From an uncultured bacterium (GTDB lineage Bacteria > Patescibacteriota > Minisyncoccia > Phycocordibacterales > UBA918): a stretch of DNA of 64,000 nt. The stretch covers positions 11,522 through 75,521 of the forward strand of contig CATMPJ010000001.1 in the NCBI GenBank assembly GCA_950073265.1. The letters run 5' to 3'. Position numbers and translations under genes: made by a program. This document shows, in pieces, positions 57,532 through 64,000 of the stretch (within the stretch, counting starts at the first letter, position 1; every line of letters begins with the position of its first letter). The notes beneath the pieces are model-generated. The model did no database searches, was not told the origin of the DNA, and was given only the letters and a program-made list of their open reading frames with translations.

Positions 57532-59490
57532 ATGAATACGTTCCCTACATATACAAATGGCTTAAATCCGCAGCAACGTGAAGCAGTACTTACGGTAGAA
57601 GGACCGGTTATGGTTCTGGCGGGAGCTGGTTCTGGCAAAACGCGGGTAATTACCCATCGAATTGTACATTTAATTGTGCAAGGGGTAGCTCCACACAACA
57701 TCCTGGCTGTAACCTTCACAAACAAAGCCGCTAAAGAGATGCGTGAGCGCGTGCAGACATTACTCGCTGAACATGCCTCAGCTAGTAGAGCAGCCATGGA
57801 TAGTCTTCCGGTCGTAACAACCTTTCACTCGCTTGGTGTTCGCTTGCTGCGTGAGTTTCATCACGCAATGAATCTGCGCCGTCAGTTTGTAATATATGAT
57901 CGCAGCGATAGCCAGAAAGCAGTGAAGCAGGCGATTGAAAAAGCTAATTACAATCCCAAAGAATTCGAACCACGCAAAATACTAAGCCTGATTTCTCGTG
58001 CGAAGGGTGATGCCATAACGCAATTGGAATACAGTGATCGAGCAAATTCATATTTGGAGCAGGTTGTGGCTGAGGTCTGGGAAAAGTATGATGCAGAATT
58101 AGCACAGCAGCACGCTCTAGACTTTGATGACTTACTGGCCAAGACGCTACGCTTACTACAGAACAACCAAGCAATTAGAGAGCAACTGCAACAGCGTTAT
58201 AAATACATTCACGTAGATGAGTACCAGGATACCAACCGGGTGCAGTTTTCAATTGTAGAGTTGTTGACAGGCGAGGCAAAAAATATTTGTGTCGTGGGCG
58301 ACATTGATCAAAATATTTACTCATGGCGTGGAGCTGATATAAAAAATGTATTGCAGTTTGAACGCCACTTTCCAGACACCACCACCATTCTTCTAGAAGA
58401 AAATTATCGATCAACCAAAACCATTATTGCGGTCTCAAACGAAGTGATTGCCAAAAATCAGAACCGGGTAGAGAAGACCGTATTTACCAACAACCAAGAT
58501 GGTGAAAAAATAAAACTCTATGCGGCAATGACGGGCGGGGATGAGGCAAGTTATGTAGCTCGCACTGCAGAGTCGCTTATTGCAGATGGTGCCGATCCAA
58601 GTAGTATTGCCGTCTTGTATCGAACGAATTTTCAATCTCGCGCGCTTGAAGAAGCATTTCTGACCCAGAATGTCCCATACCAACTCTTGGGTACAAAGTT
58701 TTTTGAACGTAAAGAGGTAAAAGACGTTTTGTCATATCTGCGCCTGGCGCTTAACCCCGATAGTACTGCTGATTTAACCCGAATCATCAACACACCTGCT
58801 CGCGGCATTGGAAAGGTCACTATGCTGAAGGTAGTGGAAGGGAAGCGCGGAGAACTCAACGTGGGAGCACTAGCCAAAGTAAAGGTATTTGATGAAATCA
58901 TGATGGATATTGCTAAGACCGCTAAAGAGAAGCATCTTTCAGATACCATAAAATTTATTATGAAGCGCAGCGGCCTTGAGAACACCCTTAAAGAAGAACG
59001 AACGGAAGAAGCGATGGAACGACTTGAGAACCTGCGCGAGCTGGTAACATTGGCCAGTCGATACAACGAATTACCGCCCGAAGAAGCGGTTGAGCAATTG
59101 CTCGAAAGTGCTGCACTGCAAAGCGACCAAGACGAGATTAAAAACAAAGAGGAATTAAACGCCGTTCGTTTGATGACTGTTCACGCCGCAAAAGGCCTGG
59201 AGTTTCCTTACGTATTTATCACAGGACTTGAAGAAGGTCTCTTTCCCCACGAACGACTTGATGACGCGCGGATAGACCACGAAGAAGAACGGCGCTTGTT
59301 CTACGTTGCCCTAACTCGAGCCGAGAAAAAGGTCTGGCTAACGTATGCACACATGCGCACTATTTTCGGTAGTCAGAGGATTAACGTGCCTTCAAGTTTC
59401 CTTAACGATATAAGTACTGAACACGTAGAAAACGACACTCCCGGCGGAGGATACAGTTCCGGCTACGAGACAACTGTGTATTTGGACTAA
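57532..59490 (+). CDS. pcrA: ATP-dependent DNA helicase, UvrD/PcrA family
   Basis: Motif I AGAGSGKTRVITHRI and the remaining SF1 helicase motifs. Confidence 0.9.
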   Translation: MNTFPTYTNGLNPQQREAVLTVEGPVMVLAGAGSGKTRVITHRIVHLIVQGVAPHNILAVTFTNKAAKEMRERVQTLLAEHASASRAAMDSLPVVTTFHSLGVRLLREFHHAMNLRRQFVIYDRSDSQKAVKQAIEKANYNPKEFEPRKILSLISRAKGDAITQLEYSDRANSYLEQVVAEVWEKYDAELAQQHALDFDDLLAKTLRLLQNNQAIREQLQQRYKYIHVDEYQDTNRVQFSIVELLTGEAKNICVVGDIDQNIYSWRGADIKNVLQFERHFPDTTTILLEENYRSTKTIIAVSNEVIAKNQNRVEKTVFTNNQDGEKIKLYAAMTGGDEASYVARTAESLIADGADPSSIAVLYRTNFQSRALEEAFLTQNVPYQLLGTKFFERKEVKDVLSYLRLALNPDSTADLTRIINTPARGIGKVTMLKVVEGKRGELNVGALAKVKVFDEIMMDIAKTAKEKHLSDTIKFIMKRSGLENTLKEERTEEAMERLENLRELVTLASRYNELPPEEAVEQLLESAALQSDQDEIKNKEELNAVRLMTVHAAKGLEFPYVFITGLEEGLFPHERLDDARIDHEEERRLFYVALTRAEKKVWLTYAHMRTIFGSQRINVPSSFLNDISTEHVENDTPGGGYSSGYETTVYLD

Positions 59491-59554
59491 TTTGGGGCGA
59501 GCCGCTGGCCAGCTGCTCGTCTTTCCTTTTCTGTGTAATTTATGTACGCTCTAC

Positions 59555-60352
59555 ATGATGAGATTCGAACACAAGAAAAGTCTGGGCCAAAACTTTCTCA
59601 ATAGTGACTACGTGCCAAAAAAAATGTGTGACGCCGCACAGGTTTCGGAAAACGACAGTGTGCTTGAAATAGGTCCAGGTACTGGCGCCCTCACTCGCGA
59701 ATTGCTCGCTCGTGGCGCCAGCGTCATCGCACTTGAGGCAGACCCTCGGGCAGTTGAAGTGCTTACTAATACTTTCGCTACCGAAATCAAAACGGGACAG
59801 CTCCTACTAAAACACACTGATGCACGTGAGTATGACCCAGTAGCTTTAAGACTTATAAATCAAGAGTTTAAAGTGGTCGCTAACATTCCGTATTATCTTT
59901 CGGGATTACTCTTACGGTCGTGCCTCGACACTAACACGCAACCAAATACACTGGTTTTCCTAATGCAGAAAGAGCTGGTGGAGCGAATTGCACGCGAACC
60001 TAAAGAATCGTTACTCTCATTATCGGTCAAAGCTTTTGGCATTCCCACATATATATGTACGATAAAACGTGGACACTTTACTCCGGCTCCAAAAGTTGAT
60101 TCCGCCATTTTGCTAGTATCAGATATTTCACATAGGAACTTTTCTCAGCTTTCAAACGAACACTTTTTTACTCTCTTACATGCCGGTTTTGGTCAAAAGC
60201 GCAAGCAATTGCAACATAATTTGCGACAAATCTATGAAAAAGACGCTGTCTTCGATGCCTTGAGAACTGTCGGATTGCCTGAATCTGTTCGGGCTGAGGA
60301 TGTTTCACTACAAAACTGGCTTACGCTGGCTCAAATACTAGAAACCCAATAA
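59555..60352 (+). CDS. rsmA: 16S rRNA (adenine1518/1519-N6)-dimethyltransferase RsmA/KsgA
   Basis: KKSLGQNFL, VLEIGPGTGALT. I chose the ATG at 59555. Confidence 0.9.
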   Translation: MMRFEHKKSLGQNFLNSDYVPKKMCDAAQVSENDSVLEIGPGTGALTRELLARGASVIALEADPRAVEVLTNTFATEIKTGQLLLKHTDAREYDPVALRLINQEFKVVANIPYYLSGLLLRSCLDTNTQPNTLVFLMQKELVERIAREPKESLLSLSVKAFGIPTYICTIKRGHFTPAPKVDSAILLVSDISHRNFSQLSNEHFFTLLHAGFGQKRKQLQHNLRQIYEKDAVFDALRTVGLPESVRAEDVSLQNWLTLAQILETQ

Positions 60353-60403
60353 ACACTGTGTGTACGAACAAAAAGCCAAATCCGGCACTGCTATAATGTT
60401 TGT

Positions 60404-61294
60404 ATGAAAAAAGAATCACAACGCAAGATTCTCGGTGCTTTTGTTGTTGGACTGGCTCTGGTTGCTGGTGCGTACACGGTCGCAAACTTTACTGGACCTT
60501 CTTACACGCAACCAGCATCGATAATACAGCCCCAAGCTGCTCCCCGTAGCGCTATTGATGTATCTGACAACGACAACAATGGTATTGAAGACTGGCGAGA
60601 GGAGTTCGTCACCGCCGAGCCAGTGATAATCAATGAGACTGTTTCTGGTGAATACACTACACCCGACACCCTCACTGGACAAACTGGGGTTAGCTTTTTT
60701 GAAAACATCTTACAGTCTCGTATTTATGCACAAAATCCAGACGCATCGGAACAAATTATTAATGACACAATCGCCTCTCTTGAAGCTGAAACTTCAGGCA
60801 TCCTCTACGATCTACGCGATATAAGTGTGATTTCTAACTGGAATGAATCCGACATCAGAAGCTATGCCAATGTCATGGGAAATAGCTTAACAGCGAATAG
60901 TCCAGAAGGGCTTGAAAACGAGCTCTCAATTCTAAACGGTGTATTAGCACGTGGCGAAGTTGAGCGAATTTCAGAATTAGAAGAAATTGCTGCCTATTAC
61001 AAAACTCTCACGGACAGAGCTCTCGCCACACCGGTACCTGGTGTGTTGGTTAAGGAACACCTAGATCTAATCAATACCTATAACGCATTGTACCTGGACA
61101 TTGATGCAATGACACAAGCTCTAGAAGATCCAGTCGTGTCTCTTGTGCGTATGCGCAAGTATCGTGACGATACACTAGGTCTCCAGCTAGCGCTTGAAAA
61201 CATGTACATGTCGCTTCTGCCATACGAGTCATTATTTACTAGTACTGATGCGGCACTGGCGTTTACATTATTCATACCGAGACAAAGAATTTAA
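60404..61294 (+). CDS. Hypothetical secreted/membrane-anchored protein
   Basis: 296 aa, N-terminal signal/TM ILGAFVVGLALVAGAYTVA. No recognisable family. Confidence 0.5.
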   Translation: MKKESQRKILGAFVVGLALVAGAYTVANFTGPSYTQPASIIQPQAAPRSAIDVSDNDNNGIEDWREEFVTAEPVIINETVSGEYTTPDTLTGQTGVSFFENILQSRIYAQNPDASEQIINDTIASLEAETSGILYDLRDISVISNWNESDIRSYANVMGNSLTANSPEGLENELSILNGVLARGEVERISELEEIAAYYKTLTDRALATPVPGVLVKEHLDLINTYNALYLDIDAMTQALEDPVVSLVRMRKYRDDTLGLQLALENMYMSLLPYESLFTSTDAALAFTLFIPRQRI

Positions 61295-61305
61295 TAAAAA
61301 CAAAT

Positions 61306-62691
61306 ATGGATTTCTTCTTCAATACCCTAAAAAAAATTCTCACCCTGACCGTGTCAATTGTGTTTGCTCTGGTTGTGCTTTATGTGCCACAACAGTACGG
61401 ATCACACAAAACCGTTCCGACCGTTGAAGCGTTCCCGGTAGTCGAAGTAGGTCCTAATGTTGTAACAAATACCATTAGAACTGTTAAAGAAACGGTACTC
61501 GATCGCATCGGCTGGATGCTAGCCAAAGCAGTGGTTTCAAATATCATGGCTAGTACCATTGATTGGGTAAACTCTGGGTTTCGAGGCAGTCCTGCTTTCG
61601 TACAGGATTTGGATCGCTTTTTGCTTAACGTCGCAGATGAAGCTGCAGGGAGAGTATTAGAAGAGTTTGGTGGAGAATTTTCTTTTATCTGTTCACCCTT
61701 TAGGCTGGATATCCAGGTTGCATTAGCGTTGCAGTACCAGCAAGCAAGGGAGGGTCTCCCATACCAAGGCTGTCTTTTGAGTGAAGCTTTTGAGAATTTT
61801 GAAGATTTTGTTGCCGGTGACTTCTTGCAAGGGGGGTGGCAAGATTGGATGCAAATCAGCGCCAATCCAAATATGTATTCACAGTATGGTGCATACCTCG
61901 AAGCACAAACAACCTTCGAAGCAAGGATTCGTAATGCTGAAGGTAGAGAAAGCCAGCTACTAGACTTTGGCAAAGGATTCCTATCCAGCAAACAGTGTGA
62001 GACTGTTACTGGACCGGATGGCGAAGGAGTTGAAAATTGTCGCATTGTTACTCCTGGTCAGACAATTGCCGATAGACTTAATACCAGCCTGGGACTGGGA
62101 GAACAGCAGTTAATCGCTGCAGATGAGATTGACGAACTTATTGGAGCCCTGGTCGGCCAAATCGCAGTAAAAGCACTGCAGGGGACAGCCGGTCTCTTAG
62201 GGCTTTCGGCTAACGTAAGTGGTTCTAGTTACCCAGGTTTTGATGCTGCATCATACACGCAAGCCTTGCGTAACGAAGGTTCTAACTCACTTCGAAATAC
62301 TCTTAACGATGAAGGTGGTACATTACAAAACACTCTTGACACACAAATAGAGTACCGTGACATGGCGAGCGAACTTAACCGTGAAGGTTTGACACTTCTC
62401 GGTAGTGGTCGGCTTTCTGACAGTGAACGAAACATTGTCTCTGAAGTAGTTTTACAGACCGACCGTGCCGTTAAGCAAGCTAATGAAAATATTCAAGCAT
62501 TGGAAACAAAAATTACCGAGTACGAAGCGCTGGATAGAGAGTATGACAATCCTGCTACTGACAACCAAAGAAAAGACGAGATAAACAGCGAACTGCAACA
62601 AATCCTCCTTTCAGTCGTGCGCGGTACGTACTACACTGAAACCGATCTCATTGGAGACAAACAGGACTGGGAAGATGCACTGACTCTTTAA
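61306..62691 (+). CDS. Hypothetical membrane-anchored protein with coiled-coil C-terminus
   Basis: 461 aa, N-terminal TM ILTLTVSIVFALVVLYV. 11-nt gap from the upstream gene, 15-nt gap to the downstream gene. Confidence 0.5.
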   Translation: MDFFFNTLKKILTLTVSIVFALVVLYVPQQYGSHKTVPTVEAFPVVEVGPNVVTNTIRTVKETVLDRIGWMLAKAVVSNIMASTIDWVNSGFRGSPAFVQDLDRFLLNVADEAAGRVLEEFGGEFSFICSPFRLDIQVALALQYQQAREGLPYQGCLLSEAFENFEDFVAGDFLQGGWQDWMQISANPNMYSQYGAYLEAQTTFEARIRNAEGRESQLLDFGKGFLSSKQCETVTGPDGEGVENCRIVTPGQTIADRLNTSLGLGEQQLIAADEIDELIGALVGQIAVKALQGTAGLLGLSANVSGSSYPGFDAASYTQALRNEGSNSLRNTLNDEGGTLQNTLDTQIEYRDMASELNREGLTLLGSGRLSDSERNIVSEVVLQTDRAVKQANENIQALETKITEYEALDREYDNPATDNQRKDEINSELQQILLSVVRGTYYTETDLIGDKQDWEDALTL

Positions 62692-62706
62692 ACCACATTC
62701 AATTTG

Positions 62707-64000
62707 ATGATACCAAAAAGCTACAAATTCATACCGCTGCTCGTGCTGGGCTTTTTGGTATTTACACCACAGATCACGCATGCTGATTTTCTTCAAAAAA
62801 CCCTTTGGGAAGCCGTCACTGGTATCTTTGGTACCATTCTTGCCCTGTGTGCGTGGCTCTTCGATATAGCAATCAATAGTTACGTTATCGGCTTTGCCGA
62901 TGAATACACTACGTCTGGCATTGGCCTAGCGATTGACCAGGGCTGGTCACTAGTGCGCGACATCATGAACTTACTGTTCATCTTTGGCTTACTCTACATC
63001 GGATTCAAAATCATTCTTGGTAGTGATGATTCGTCTACCAGAAAGTTGTTAGTGAACCTAATAATGGCAGCCCTCTTGGTGAACTTTAGTCTTTTTATCA
63101 CTAAGTTTGTGGTTGATACTTCAAACTCGCTGGCAGCCCAAATTGCGATGAATGGTTTCGTGGGGGATGAAAAAGAAGTACAAATTTCTGATTCCGGCGC
63201 AACCGCCACTAGGTATCAGGTTGATATGTCAGAGGACCTTATGGCACGACTAGGTCTTTCGAGTATCTTTAACTATGAAAACTCTGACTCAGGCATTAAC
63301 AATGACTGGGGTTATATTTTTGGTACCGCAATTCTACTTATCGTCGCATCATTTGTGTTTGCTGCTGGTGCAGTACTATTGATAATTCGATTTGTAGCGC
63401 TCAACTTTTACATACTTTTTTCACCGCTTATGTTTATCGGTTGGGCATTTCCTCCGTTAGGGAGACATACCACTGAGTACTGGCGTGGTTTTTTAGGAAA
63501 AGCCTTTTTTGCGCCTATCTATCTTCTGTTTATTTATTTTTCCGTCAGTATCATCACCGCCCTCAATACAAACCGGGGTCTTAACGACTTCGCCAGCAAC
63601 TCATTAGGCAATGCACTACAAAACCCGAGCGGTGGCGCTAACGCTATTGATCGTTTAAATAGCGCCAGCGCTTTCCCATACTTCATTCTCTCCATCGCAT
63701 CCCTCATTATGTCACTGGTTGTTGCGCAAAAACTAGGTGCTACTGGTGCTTCTCAAGCTATTTCAATCGGACAAAATATGCGCCGCGGCGCCCAAAACCG
63801 CCTCAAACGCGGCGCAGTTGCAACGGGCAGATTTGCTGCTACTCAAACAGGCGGGCGCGCTGCGCGATACGCAACTGAAAGAACAGGGTCTGGGCTAAAA
63901 GCTGCTACTCGGAATTTGCAAGAATTAAAAGGTGACAGTATTGCAGCTAGAGGTGTGCGCAAGTTGGCTAGAACCAATGCAGTAGAACGATACGGGTACG
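62707..64000 (+). CDS. Polytopic membrane protein with TrbL/VirB6-like topology (partial, runs off window end)
   Basis: ATG at 62707, open frame to the window end, so not in the ORF track. Signal peptide, then at least 6 TM helices, then a basic Gly/Ala-rich hydrophilic tail. Confidence 0.5.
   Translation, partial: MIPKSYKFIPLLVLGFLVFTPQITHADFLQKTLWEAVTGIFGTILALCAWLFDIAINSYVIGFADEYTTSGIGLAIDQGWSLVRDIMNLLFIFGLLYIGFKIILGSDDSSTRKLLVNLIMAALLVNFSLFITKFVVDTSNSLAAQIAMNGFVGDEKEVQISDSGATATRYQVDMSEDLMARLGLSSIFNYENSDSGINNDWGYIFGTAILLIVASFVFAAGAVLLIIRFVALNFYILFSPLMFIGWAFPPLGRHTTEYWRGFLGKAFFAPIYLLFIYFSVSIITALNTNRGLNDFASNSLGNALQNPSGGANAIDRLNSASAFPYFILSIASLIMSLVVAQKLGATGASQAISIGQNMRRGAQNRLKRGAVATGRFAATQTGGRAARYATERTGSGLKAATRNLQELKGDSIAARGVRKLARTNAVERYGY

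Noticed and set aside
1-64000. Search for CRISPR arrays, rRNA, tmRNA, RNase P RNA, SRP RNA and IS elements
   Set aside because: I saw no regularly spaced direct repeats, no rRNA-like conserved blocks, no tmRNA/RNase P/SRP signature motifs, and no DDE transposase-like ORFs. Only a computational scan would be definitive.

Overview
This 64-kb window is a gene-dense bacterial chromosomal segment. Its gene content resembles a reduced-genome, CPR/Patescibacteria-like (possibly Saccharibacteria-like) organism; that is inference from content only. I found no rRNA, no CRISPR array and no IS element or transposase.

Main components:
- Core housekeeping genes: rpsL (partial), rpmB, rpsO-pnp, nusA, tig, clpP, rny, hup, pgk, tpiA, ppa, sodA, recJ, rnhA, xth, pcrA, rsmA, cca.
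- A complete type IV pilus / competence module: pilB-pilC-pilin, two overlapping minor pilins and a large Gly/Thr-rich secreted protein, co-directional with tpiA-pgk. It sits alongside a split ComEC, ComM/YifB and a DksA/TraR-like gene.
- Four tRNAs, none encoding CCA: Gly-UCC, Pro-UGG, Gly-GCC, Arg-UCG. A cca gene is nearby.
- An ECF sigma / anti-sigma pair and two MscS paralogs.
- Many rho-independent terminators, including a four-copy GC-rich hairpin family.

Most unusual items:
1. An AT-rich standalone gene (41684..42928) whose N-terminus carries TIR-like motifs and whose C-terminal ~270 aa is uncharacterised. It is a candidate single-gene defence protein.
2. A small island around tRNA-Gly(GCC) holding a GC-shifted orphan gene, an HTH/LAGLIDADG-like protein, and six copies of a palindromic TTYCAYRTGGAAC motif bracketing yraN.
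3. A membrane-anchored Clp-like AAA+ protein with a degenerate D1 domain, translationally coupled to a small membrane protein.
4. A terminal cluster of three membrane/secreted proteins that ends in a TrbL/VirB6-like polytopic protein running off the window.
5. Several structured non-coding gaps: 40070..40792, 28335..28699, and the leader of a flavoprotein gene.
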